Origin: Pedosphaera sp.
Lineage (GTDB): Bacteria; Verrucomicrobiota; Verrucomicrobiia; Limisphaerales; UBA1100
Direction of reading: 5' to 3'
Assembly: GCA_009695465.1 (NCBI GenBank)
Contig: SIAW01000002.1
Location: forward strand, 8,332 to 72,331
Length of the DNA: 64,000 nucleotides
Each line of letters starts with the position of its first letter. The stretch's first letter is position 1. Under the pieces are notes generated by a model that did no database searches, was not told the DNA's origin, and saw only the letters and a program-made list of their open reading frames with translations. Shown one piece after another: positions 19,842 through 28,753 of this stretch. Position numbers and translations under genes: made by a program.

Positions 19842-20579
19842 ATGACTGCGCGCGCCGCACACCTCAGCCCACAAGCCCGGGAAGTGTTGCCGGCGCATGT
19901 TGCGGTGATCATGGATGGCAACGGGCGCTGGGCCAAAGCCAATGGATTGCCGCGGGTAGAAGGCCATCGGCGCGGGGTTGATTCCGCGCGGGCCGTCATT
20001 CGCACCGCAGCCGAGGCGGGCATCAAGTATCTCACGTTGTACACCTTCTCCGCCGAGAATTGGAATCGTCCGCAGGATGAAGTGGCGAGCATCATGCGAT
20101 TTCTGGTTTTGTATCTGAAGCGCGAGTTGCGCGAGTTGGACTCCAATCATGTGCGACTGGAAACCATCGGCCAGATCCATCGTTTGCCGGAGGCTGTGCG
20201 CATGCAGTTGGACAAGACTCGCGCGGCGCTCGCGCATAATCAGGGGATGACGCTCATCCTCGCGCTCAGCTATAGTTCGCGCGCCGAGATCGTGGACGCG
20301 GTTCGCGCTCTCGCTCAAAAAGTGAAAGACGGAAAGATGGAACCCGGTGAGATTGACGAGAAAGCGTTTGCGCATCACCTGCACACGCGCCACACGCCCG
20401 ATCCGGATCTGCTCATCCGCACGGGCGGCGAGCAGCGGCTGAGCAATTTTCTGCTCTGGCAAATCTCGTACTCGGAGCTGCTGGTGACGCCCGTGGCGTG
20501 GCCGGAGTTTCGTGCGAAAGAATTCATGGATGCCTTGGAGGAATACGCGCGCCGGCATCGCCGATTTGGAACAGTCTGA
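19842..20579 (+). CDS. uppS: di-trans,poly-cis-undecaprenyl-diphosphate synthase
   Basis: Start trimmed to MTARAAHL... Motifs: HVAVIMDGNGRWA and RTGGEQRLSNFLLWQ. Confidence 0.9.
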   Translation: MTARAAHLSPQAREVLPAHVAVIMDGNGRWAKANGLPRVEGHRRGVDSARAVIRTAAEAGIKYLTLYTFSAENWNRPQDEVASIMRFLVLYLKRELRELDSNHVRLETIGQIHRLPEAVRMQLDKTRAALAHNQGMTLILALSYSSRAEIVDAVRALAQKVKDGKMEPGEIDEKAFAHHLHTRHTPDPDLLIRTGGEQRLSNFLLWQISYSELLVTPVAWPEFRAKEFMDALEEYARRHRRFGTV

Positions 20580-21487
20580 TGGACACAAACCCACAACCTG
20601 AAAGCCCTGCCGCCGCGAAGCCGTCGCGCGGAAAGATTTTTGTGCAACGCAGCATCAGCGCCACGGTCCTCTGGGGCACGTTGTTGGCGTCGTTGTTTTT
20701 GACGGATCAAAATCTGGCCAAGAGTATTTTCCTCCTCCTGATGATGCTGCTGGCGGGATTTGGATTGCAGGAATTCTACACCATCATGGCCAAGGCCGGA
20801 CAACCTGCTTACCGGCGACTGGGCATCATGGGTGGCCTGCTCATGGTGGTCGGTGTGTTTCTTTTTGTGGCCCACCGCAACAAGCCCGACGGCGCTTTGA
20901 CTTTTGAAGTCCTCTGGATTTCCGCCTTCACGCTGCTGGTTTTCCTGACTCACCTTTCTGCGGAGGAAAAAGGCGCTTCGATTTCCGTCACCGTTTTGGG
21001 AATCATCTACGTCCCGGTGCTCTTGGGATTTATCCAGCAGATCCGCTTCTACAACGCCGATGGCCCGTGGTATCTGCTCCTGTTCATCCTCGCGACAAAG
21101 CTGAGTGACACCGGCGCGTACGTGGTGGGGTCGCTGGTGGGGCGTCACAAAATGGTGCCCAGCATCAGTCCGGGCAAGACGTGGGAAGGCTTCGCGGGCG
21201 CGCTGATTTTTTCCATCGCAGCAGCGTGCCTGCTTTTCCATTTTGCGCCGGGACATTTTCGCGGGATGACCATGCTGAATATCGCCACGCTGGGTTTGCT
21301 GTTGGGACTGGGTGCGGTGCTGGGAGATTTGATCGAATCCAAACTCAAGCGCGATGCAGACGTCAAGGACTCGGGCCAGTCACTGCCCGGCATTGGGGGC
21401 GTTCTGGATTTGCTCGACAGCCTGCTCTTCAACGCGCCGTTGATGTATCTCTACCTGAAAGTATTTCTGCCCGTGCTGAAGCCATGA
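20579..21487 (+). CDS. cdsA: phosphatidate cytidylyltransferase
   Basis: Start trimmed to MDTNPQ (TGATG overlap with uppS). Polytopic membrane protein with a CdsA-like C-terminal signature SKLKRDADVKDSGQSLPGIGGVLDLLD, which deviates from the canonical form (see findings). Confidence 0.85.
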   Translation: MDTNPQPESPAAAKPSRGKIFVQRSISATVLWGTLLASLFLTDQNLAKSIFLLLMMLLAGFGLQEFYTIMAKAGQPAYRRLGIMGGLLMVVGVFLFVAHRNKPDGALTFEVLWISAFTLLVFLTHLSAEEKGASISVTVLGIIYVPVLLGFIQQIRFYNADGPWYLLLFILATKLSDTGAYVVGSLVGRHKMVPSISPGKTWEGFAGALIFSIAAACLLFHFAPGHFRGMTMLNIATLGLLLGLGAVLGDLIESKLKRDADVKDSGQSLPGIGGVLDLLDSLLFNAPLMYLYLKVFLPVLKP

Positions 21488-22626
21488 AGCGGGTCGTCGT
21501 TCTGGGCTGCACCGGTTCCATTGGCACCAGCACGGCCAAAGTAGCTGCGGATTTGCCGGAGCACATCCAGATCGTCGGACTGGCCGCCGGTCGCAACGCG
21601 CCGTTGCTGCGCGCCCAAGTCGCCCAATTCAAACCCAAGGCCATCTCGATTTCCGATCCGGCGCTGGCTCGTGAGCTGCGCAATGAACTCCATCCCACGG
21701 TGGAAGTGCATTCGGGTGACGAAGGCTTGCTGAAGCTGGCCACGATGCCCGAGGCGGACATCGTGCTCATCGCCATTGTCGGCACGGCTGGATTGCAGCC
21801 CGCGCTGGCGGCGATTCGCGCTGGCAAAGACATCGCCGTGGCCTCCAAGGAAATTTTGGTGATGGCCGGCGAGACGGTGATGAGCGAGGCGCGCCAACAC
21901 GGCGTGCGCGTGTTGGCGGTGGACAGCGAACACTCCGCCATTTTCCAATGCCTCGACGGCAAGCCCAGCCAGTCGGTGCGCCGCTTGTGGCTCACCGCTT
22001 CGGGCGGACCATTCCGCACGACTCCCCGCGAAGCGTTTGCCAGCATCACATTGGAGCAGGCGCTCAAACACCCGTCGTGGCAAATGGGCAGCAAGATCAC
22101 GATCGACTCCGCTACGCTGTTCAACAAAGGGCTGGAGATGATCGAGGCGCGCTGGCTGTTCGACATCGAGATGGCGCGCGTGGGCGTGGTGGTGCATCCG
22201 CAGAGCGTGATCCATTCGATGGTGGAATTCGTGGACGGCTCCATCATCGCGCAGATGTCCACACCGGACATGTGCCTGCCCATCCAGTACGCGTTGACTT
22301 ATCCGCAGCGCGCGGCCAGTGACCGCGTGCAGACCAACTTTGCCAAGATCGGTTCGCTCACGTTTGAGGAACCCGATGCCGAACGTTTCCCCGCGTTGCA
22401 ACTGGCGCGCAGGGCAGGGGAGGTGGGCGGCACGTTGCCCGCCGTGCTCAATGCCGCCAATGAGATTGCGGTCGCCGCATTTGGCAATCGCAAGATTGGG
22501 TTTCTCAAAATCACAGAAGTGGTGCGCACCACGATGGAGGCGCATCCGGTGGTTTCAAAACCCAGCCTCGATGAAATCCTGCAGGCGGATCGATGGGCGC
22601 GGGAATTTGCGACGCGGGCAGTCTGA
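21484..22626 (+). CDS. dxr: 1-deoxy-D-xylulose-5-phosphate reductoisomerase
   Basis: Start trimmed to MKRVVVLGCTGSIGTST (ATGA overlap with cdsA). Dxr core motifs are present throughout. Confidence 0.95.
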   Translation: MKRVVVLGCTGSIGTSTAKVAADLPEHIQIVGLAAGRNAPLLRAQVAQFKPKAISISDPALARELRNELHPTVEVHSGDEGLLKLATMPEADIVLIAIVGTAGLQPALAAIRAGKDIAVASKEILVMAGETVMSEARQHGVRVLAVDSEHSAIFQCLDGKPSQSVRRLWLTASGGPFRTTPREAFASITLEQALKHPSWQMGSKITIDSATLFNKGLEMIEARWLFDIEMARVGVVVHPQSVIHSMVEFVDGSIIAQMSTPDMCLPIQYALTYPQRAASDRVQTNFAKIGSLTFEEPDAERFPALQLARRAGEVGGTLPAVLNAANEIAVAAFGNRKIGFLKITEVVRTTMEAHPVVSKPSLDEILQADRWAREFATRAV

Positions 22627-22678
22627 GCTGTCTGATTGCTTTGCGTGACCAAGTTGACTACCTTCGCCGCTGACTGAA

Positions 22679-24376
22679 ATGATCATGGTTCTGAACATCC
22701 TCTACGTCGCCGCTGTGGTGCTGCTCCTTTTTGGCGCGGCCATTTTTGTGCATGAGTTCGGCCATTTCTGGGTGGCTCGCCGCCGCGGATTGAAGGTGGA
22801 AGAATTCGCCATCGGCTTCGGTCCGGTGATTTGGAGCAAGGAGAAAGACGGCATCCTGTATTCGATCCGCGCCATTCCCGCTGGCGGATTCGTCAAGTTG
22901 CCGCAGATGATCACCTCCGAGGCCATCGAAGGCACGGCTGCGGGAGAGCAACCGCTGGCGCCGGTCTCGCCGCTTTCTAAAATTCTCGTGGCATTCGCTG
23001 GCCCCTTCATGAACGTCGTGTTCGCCGTGGTGATCGCGGCAGTGCTTTGGGCTGTCGGCTTGCCCAAGCAGGTGAACGATCCGGTGATTGGCTACGTGGA
23101 AAAAGGTTCTGCGGAAGAAAAGGCCGGCATCCAACCTGGTGACCGGATTCTGACCATCGGCGGCAGTCCCGTGAGCACGTGGCAGGATATCATGTTGGGT
23201 GTGTTGGACCAAAAGACGGCCGACATCACCGTTACATTCCAGCAAGGCAACCAGACGGTGTCGAAGGTGTTGAAATCCGATTCCACCGGCGGGCGCTTCA
23301 AGATGTTGAAGCTCGATGACAGCGACTCCTTGCTCGTGCAGTCCGTGAAGGCGGCAGGCCTCTTTGAGACGGCGGGGTTGCGTGCTGGCGACACCGTTGT
23401 GGCGGTCAATGGCGTGCCGGTCTTCAGCCACTTCCATTTCTTGGATCAACTGTTTGCGAAGCCCGATGCGGAAGCCCAGATCACCGTGGTGCGCAAAGAG
23501 GGCAACCAGACGCTCACGGTGAAACTTCCGGAAAGCGCGGGCATCCGCGTCGGGGCAGTGCCCGTGCCGAAGATCGGTACGTGGAGCCGGTTTTGGATGT
23601 GGACCGGATTGAAGGAACAGCAGGAGCCTAAACCAACTCCAGCGATGGTGGCGGAATTGAAAGCGGGAGACTTGGTTCTGCGCGCGGGCGAAGAGCGCCT
23701 CACCAGCACGCGACATCTGATTTCACTGGTACAGCAGCATCTCGAACAAGAAGTGACGCTGCACATCACCCGCCACGGGAAAGCGATGCCCATCAAGATC
23801 ACGCCGCGCAAAAATCTGGAGACCGGCGCGGTGCAGATCGGCGTGGTGCTGGAGCAGGATCTGGGACTCACCTTTGCCGTGCCGCAGATCAAATATTCGG
23901 TCGTGAAGCCGGGGCCGACGCCGTGGGCGCAGATCACGGATGTCTGGAACAAAACGGTGACCACCATCAGCGCGCTGTTTCGTTCCAAGGAAACGGGAGT
24001 CGGCGCGAAAGATTTGAGCGGGCCCGTCGGCATCCTCGGCATGCTGTCCATCTATGTGAACACCGACTTCCGGTTGGCGCTGAGTTTTCTCGTACTGCTC
24101 AACATCAATCTTGCCGTGCTCAACCTGCTGCCCGTGCCCGTGCTGGACGGCGGGCATATCCTCCTTTCCATCATCGAACGCATCCGCAACAAACCCGTCA
24201 GCATGCGCGTGCAAGAGTACGCCACCACGGCGTTCGCGGTGGTGCTGCTCTCCTTCATGGTGTACGTGACTTTTTTCGATCTGAAGCGCGTCGCCGATTT
24301 CCACGAACTTTTCAATCGCGACACCGCCGTCGAGCAGCAAGTGCCCGGCGGCTCGCCCAAAGCCCCCTCCAAATAG
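22679..24376 (+). CDS. rseP: RIP metalloprotease RseP (site-2 protease), with about 3 PDZ-like segments
   Basis: HEFGHFWVARRRG (HExxH) in TM1. PDZ-like stretches contain AGIQPGDRIL, AGLRAGDTVVAVNG and LKAGDLVL. The C-terminal NLLPVPVLDGGH motif is present. Confidence 0.85.
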   Translation: MIMVLNILYVAAVVLLLFGAAIFVHEFGHFWVARRRGLKVEEFAIGFGPVIWSKEKDGILYSIRAIPAGGFVKLPQMITSEAIEGTAAGEQPLAPVSPLSKILVAFAGPFMNVVFAVVIAAVLWAVGLPKQVNDPVIGYVEKGSAEEKAGIQPGDRILTIGGSPVSTWQDIMLGVLDQKTADITVTFQQGNQTVSKVLKSDSTGGRFKMLKLDDSDSLLVQSVKAAGLFETAGLRAGDTVVAVNGVPVFSHFHFLDQLFAKPDAEAQITVVRKEGNQTLTVKLPESAGIRVGAVPVPKIGTWSRFWMWTGLKEQQEPKPTPAMVAELKAGDLVLRAGEERLTSTRHLISLVQQHLEQEVTLHITRHGKAMPIKITPRKNLETGAVQIGVVLEQDLGLTFAVPQIKYSVVKPGPTPWAQITDVWNKTVTTISALFRSKETGVGAKDLSGPVGILGMLSIYVNTDFRLALSFLVLLNINLAVLNLLPVPVLDGGHILLSIIERIRNKPVSMRVQEYATTAFAVVLLSFMVYVTFFDLKRVADFHELFNRDTAVEQQVPGGSPKAPSK

Positions 24377-26161
24377 ATGCGTTACTGCACCTCGCCGTGG
24401 CGTCTTGAGAGGCGCGTCACCCGCGAAATGACCGTGGGCGATCCGGCCAACGGCGGCGTCATCATCGGAGGCAATCATCCGGTCGTGAAGCAGTCCATGC
24501 TCACCTGTGACACGATGGACACGGCCCAGTGCGTGGAGCAGACGCTGGAACTGGTGGCGGTCGGCTGCCAGCTCGTGCGTATCACCGCGCCCACGGTGAA
24601 GGACGCGGCGAACTTGCAGCACATCGTCGCCGAACTGCGCGTGCGCGGTTGTACCGTGCCGATTGTCGCCGACATCCATTTCAAACCTGATGCCGCGATG
24701 GAAGCGGCCAAGTGGGTGGAGGTCGTGCGGGTGAATCCCGGCAATTATGCCGACTCCAAAAAGTTTGCCACCAAGGAATACACGGACGAGCAATACGCCG
24801 GCGAGCTGCGCCGCATTGAGGAGAAGTTCACGCCGCTGGTCTTGCGCAGCAAAGAACTTGGGCGCGCGCTGCGCATCGGCACCAATCACGGCTCGCTCTC
24901 CGATCGCATCATGAACCGTTATGGCGACACGCCGCTGGGCATGGTGGAGAGCGCGCTGGAATTTGCGCGCATCTGCCGCAAGCACGACTTCCACAATTTC
25001 AAGTTCTCGATGAAGTCGAGCAACCCGAAGGTGATGATCGAGTGCTATCGCCTGCTCGTCGCGCGCTTGGCTCAGGAAGGGCCAGACTGGAATTACCCGA
25101 TCCATCTGGGCGTGACGGAAGCCGGCGAGGGTGAGGATGGCCGCATCAAAAGCGCGATTGGTATTGGCTCACTGCTCTGCGATGGATTGGGCGACACCAT
25201 CCGCGTCTCGCTCACCGAGGACAGCCCGCACGAGATCGCCGTTTGCAACGATCTGCTGGCTCAAATTCCGGTGCTGACAAATCACGAGGCTGGAATCGAT
25301 GTCCCGGTTTCATTCGATCCGTTCCACTACGAACGTCGTCAGACACCGGAGATTGAGCTGGGCGACACTGCGATGTGCGGCGGTGAACAGACCGTGCGCG
25401 TTGTTGTCACTCGCGCCACGTTCGATAAGGTCGCGCCTAAGATTCGCCCGAAAGATGACGTCAAGCCCGAGGCGGTTTATGAGGATCTCAACGTCGCTGA
25501 GATTGATCCCACGCGCGACTTTGAGATCAACTGCGACACGCAGCTTGTCACCGTGCGTGACGGTGTCGCGCTGCCGCCCATCACCGCCTTTCGATTGCTC
25601 GCCGCACAACTCAAGCGGCTCGGTCGGAACAATCCGATTCTCCTGAAAGACTGCCTTGGTTTTGACACCGTGCCGCTCACGCCTGAAGTGGCGCTGCTGC
25701 GCGCTGCGGTGAACATCGGCTCGTTGCTGACAGACGGCATCGGCGACGCGATCCTTGTGCGTGGCGAATCCGGCGCGGGCCAAAGTCTGCGGCTTGCGTA
25801 CACTATTTTGCAGGCGGCAGGCTGCCGCAGTTTCAAGACCGACTACGTGGCGTGTCCGAGTTGCGGCCGCACACTCTTCAATCTTCAGACCGTCACGGCG
25901 CGCATCAAAGCGCGCACGGAGCATCTCAAGGGAGTGAAGATCGCCATCATGGGCTGCATCGTGAATGGGCCGGGCGAGATGGCCGACGCGGATTTTGGTT
26001 ACGTGGGCGGCGCGCCCAACAAGATCAATCTCTACGTGGGCAAACAGCCGATCAAGTTCAACATCCCCGAGGCCGAGGCGGTGGATCGGCTGGTGGACCT
26101 CATCCGCGAGCACGGCAAATGGGTGGAGCCTGAGCCCGCGGCCGCAGTGACGCTGAACTAG
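24377..26161 (+). CDS. ispG: 4-hydroxy-3-methylbut-2-enyl diphosphate synthase, long form with insert domain
   Basis: GGNHPVVKQSMLTCDT..VRITAPT..; C-terminal CPSCGRT..GCIVNGPGE. At 594 aa it implies the inserted domain seen in long-type IspG. It starts directly after the rseP stop. Confidence 0.9.
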   Translation: MRYCTSPWRLERRVTREMTVGDPANGGVIIGGNHPVVKQSMLTCDTMDTAQCVEQTLELVAVGCQLVRITAPTVKDAANLQHIVAELRVRGCTVPIVADIHFKPDAAMEAAKWVEVVRVNPGNYADSKKFATKEYTDEQYAGELRRIEEKFTPLVLRSKELGRALRIGTNHGSLSDRIMNRYGDTPLGMVESALEFARICRKHDFHNFKFSMKSSNPKVMIECYRLLVARLAQEGPDWNYPIHLGVTEAGEGEDGRIKSAIGIGSLLCDGLGDTIRVSLTEDSPHEIAVCNDLLAQIPVLTNHEAGIDVPVSFDPFHYERRQTPEIELGDTAMCGGEQTVRVVVTRATFDKVAPKIRPKDDVKPEAVYEDLNVAEIDPTRDFEINCDTQLVTVRDGVALPPITAFRLLAAQLKRLGRNNPILLKDCLGFDTVPLTPEVALLRAAVNIGSLLTDGIGDAILVRGESGAGQSLRLAYTILQAAGCRSFKTDYVACPSCGRTLFNLQTVTARIKARTEHLKGVKIAIMGCIVNGPGEMADADFGYVGGAPNKINLYVGKQPIKFNIPEAEAVDRLVDLIREHGKWVEPEPAAAVTLN

Positions 26162-26799
26162 CAACTCAGCGCTTCCGCGCGACCTTTTGGAATTCGCCCG
26201 AGGTGATAAATCAGGAAGCCGTGCAAAAACTGACTGGCCTCGCCGACTTGGGCGGCAGTCATTTTTAGTTGGGCAACAGATTCCCAGTCCGACTCACACA
26301 GTGCGGTGAGCGCGTGCTGAGTATCCGCGGCCAGTCGGCTTTCATCCAATCGCGGCGCAAGCCCCAGCACAGCGAGGCATTTCAGTTCAAAGGCCAGCAC
26401 CGTGTTTGCCGTGGGCGCGCACGTGGACAGATGCGCGAGCAAGCCAGCGAACAAGTCGAACGCCTCCGGCAGCGGGGTGTCTTCCTCGGTCGTCTGTTCG
26501 ATGAACACGGCAGCGTAAGCGGCCTGCTGCAAGTGAAGAAATTCTCGACGCAGATGCACGTGGGCGTTGATCAGCGCAACCTCGCGCAAGGTGTGCAACG
26601 CCGATCGGCGACTGCGATGGAATGAAAAGTTCGCCGCGTGAAACAGATCGAGCTTGCCGCGAAAAGGTGACTTGGGACGGCGCGCCCCTTTTGCCACCGT
26701 CGCAATGCGGCCGTGATCGCGGGTGAGCCAGTGGAGAATCAGGCTGGTCTCCGTCAGGGGGCGCACGCGCAGGACAATGCCGCTGGTGGTGATATCCAT
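26158..26799 (-). CDS. recO: DNA repair protein RecO
   Basis: MDITTSGIVLRVRPLTETSLILHWLTRDHGRIATVAKGARRPKSPFRGKLDLF is a RecO OB-fold N-terminus. Confidence 0.8.
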   Translation of the reverse strand: MDITTSGIVLRVRPLTETSLILHWLTRDHGRIATVAKGARRPKSPFRGKLDLFHAANFSFHRSRRSALHTLREVALINAHVHLRREFLHLQQAAYAAVFIEQTTEEDTPLPEAFDLFAGLLAHLSTCAPTANTVLAFELKCLAVLGLAPRLDESRLAADTQHALTALCESDWESVAQLKMTAAQVGEASQFLHGFLIYHLGRIPKGRAEALSC

Positions 26800-26806
26800 G
26801 CCTGGC

Positions 26807-27244
26807 TCAGTCGGCGCTGATGCGTTGCTGTGTCAATCGGCGCAACAGACGGTTCTCTTCGCGCTTCATCGTGCGGCGCGCATCGGACTGTTTGTCATCA
26901 TACCCCGCCATGTGCAGCAGGCCGTGGATGACGTATCGCGCCAGCTCATTGCGCGTGGTCACACGAAATCGTCCTGCCTGTTCTTGCGCCACCGCAGGGC
27001 AGATAAAGAGTTCGCCGTGTCGTTCCGATTCGTTGTAGCAGAAGGTGAGGATGTCCGTCGGGCCGTCGTGATTCAGATGCTTCTTGTTGAGGCGCGCCAT
27101 CGGGGTGGGCGAGAGGAGCTGGATGGCGATCTGATACTGCGGCCAAGCCAGGCCATGCTCCAGCACCCACTGCGCTTGACGGCGCAGCAGGCGGCTATCC
27201 ACCGCAACGGCGCGTTGGCGGTTGCGCAGCGCCAGGATTTTCAT
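26807..27244 (-). CDS. ybeY: rRNA maturation endoribonuclease YbeY
   Basis: HGLLHMAGYDD metal-binding motif, correct size, and position downstream of phoH. Confidence 0.9.
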   Translation of the reverse strand: MKILALRNRQRAVAVDSRLLRRQAQWVLEHGLAWPQYQIAIQLLSPTPMARLNKKHLNHDGPTDILTFCYNESERHGELFICPAVAQEQAGRFRVTTRNELARYVIHGLLHMAGYDDKQSDARRTMKREENRLLRRLTQQRISAD

Positions 27245-28200
27245 TCACGCGCCTGCCGACGTTCCTCGTAGGCTTGGATGATGCGCTGCACCAAGGGATG
27301 TCGGACGATGTCTTTCCGATCCAAGCGCACCAACGCCAACCCTTCAATGCCGCTCAGAATGTTCATCGCCTCGATGAGGCCCGATTGCTTTTGCGGCGGC
27401 AGATCAACCTGGGTGGGGTCGCCCGTCACCACGGCGCGGGTGTTATAGCCCAACCGCGTGAGGAACATCAGCATCTGCTCGGCCGATGTGTTTTGCGCCT
27501 CGTCCAGAATCACAAAGGCGTTGTTCAAGGTGCGCCCGCGCATGTAGGCCAAGGGCGCGATCTCAATTGTCTCGCGTTCCATGTGCCGATCGATGTCCTC
27601 CGCAGGCATCATGTCCATCAACGCATCGTGCAGCGGGCGCAGGTACGGGCTGAGTTTTTCCTTGAGATCGCCGGGCAGAAACCCCAGCGCTTCGCCCGCT
27701 TCCACTGCGGGGCGTGTGAGGATGATGCGCGAGACGTGGCCTTGGCTGAGTGCATTGACCGCCATGGCCATCGCCAGATACGTCTTGCCCGTGCCCGCCG
27801 GCCCCGCAGCAATGGTCAGGTCATGCGTCTGGATCGCGTGCACATATTGTTTTTGCCCCACTGTTTTGGGGAGGATCATGGGCTTGCGCGCCGTGGTGAA
27901 AATGCGCTCCTCGCCCAATCCTTTGAGAGCAGCAATGCCATCCTCTTTCACCGTGCGGATGGCTTGCATCAACTCGCGCTTGCCCGTGCGCTGGCCGGTC
28001 TCCTGCAATTGCTGCAACGAAACAAATACCTGCCGCGCGCGTTCCAGATCGTCGCCATTGCCTTCCAATTTAATCCAGCCATCGCGCGCGGTGGCCAGCA
28101 CGGCCAGTTCATCCTGCAAGAGGCGCAGGTTGTTGGTGTCATTGTCGAAAAGCTGTTGAGCCTGTCGGGCGTTGTCGTAGTGGAGCGTGACGGTGGGCAT
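27241..28200 (-). CDS. PhoH-family ATPase (YbeZ-like)
   Basis: Start trimmed to MPTVTLHY... Walker A motif AAGPAGTGKTYLAM. ATGA overlap with ybeY. Confidence 0.9.
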   Translation of the reverse strand: MPTVTLHYDNARQAQQLFDNDTNNLRLLQDELAVLATARDGWIKLEGNGDDLERARQVFVSLQQLQETGQRTGKRELMQAIRTVKEDGIAALKGLGEERIFTTARKPMILPKTVGQKQYVHAIQTHDLTIAAGPAGTGKTYLAMAMAVNALSQGHVSRIILTRPAVEAGEALGFLPGDLKEKLSPYLRPLHDALMDMMPAEDIDRHMERETIEIAPLAYMRGRTLNNAFVILDEAQNTSAEQMLMFLTRLGYNTRAVVTGDPTQVDLPPQKQSGLIEAMNILSGIEGLALVRLDRKDIVRHPLVQRIIQAYEERRQARE

Positions 28201-28201
28201 G

Positions 28202-28705
28202 TCAGGATTGGGTGGAGAGCGTGGCAAGAGCGGCACGAAGCTTGGCAGCGGTCTCGGTCAGCGCCTCGGGGATGACCGAAGTCTGCGCGAGGATCGGCAT
28301 GAAATTGGTGTCACCTTGCCAGCGCGGCACGATGTGGATGTGCAAGTGTTCCTCGATGCCTGCGCCGGCCGCGCGCCCCAGATTCAATCCAACATTGCAG
28401 CCATCCGGATGCAGCGTCTGTTTCAACGCCTGCACACAGCGCCGGACGAGTTTGAAAAGTTCGAGCATCTCGTCGTCCGTCAATTCCTCCAACGTCGCGA
28501 TGGTGCGATAGGGCACCACCAAGATGTGTCCGGCGTTATAGGGAAAGGTGTTGAGCACCGCAAAGCAGGAGCGGGCACGGACAAGAACGTGGTTGGCTTC
28601 GTCGTCGCTGGACTGGGCCACCTCGCTGAAAATGGAGCCGCCGTCGGGCGTGCGTTTGGGGCCGAGGATGTATTGGATGCGCCAAGGCGCGTGCAAGGCT
28701 TCCAT
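28202..28705 (-). CDS. HIT-family nucleotide hydrolase/transferase
   Basis: Histidine triad HLHIHIVPRW. Start taken at MEALHAPWRIQYI, with an alternative ATG at 28741. Confidence 0.85.
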   Translation of the reverse strand: MEALHAPWRIQYILGPKRTPDGGSIFSEVAQSSDDEANHVLVRARSCFAVLNTFPYNAGHILVVPYRTIATLEELTDDEMLELFKLVRRCVQALKQTLHPDGCNVGLNLGRAAGAGIEEHLHIHIVPRWQGDTNFMPILAQTSVIPEALTETAAKLRAALATLSTQS

Positions 28706-28753
28706 TTTTTCCAGACTAAGCCGGCGGCGGGGGCTTGTCAAAAAGAGAGGGCA

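Noticed and set aside
26158-26161. Convergent gene pairs sharing a palindromic CTAG as both stop codons (ispG/recO at 26158-26161, oxidoreductase/leuD at 47186-47189).
   Set aside because: This is a real sequence feature, but it is most simply explained by genome compaction. Two occurrences are not enough to argue for function.
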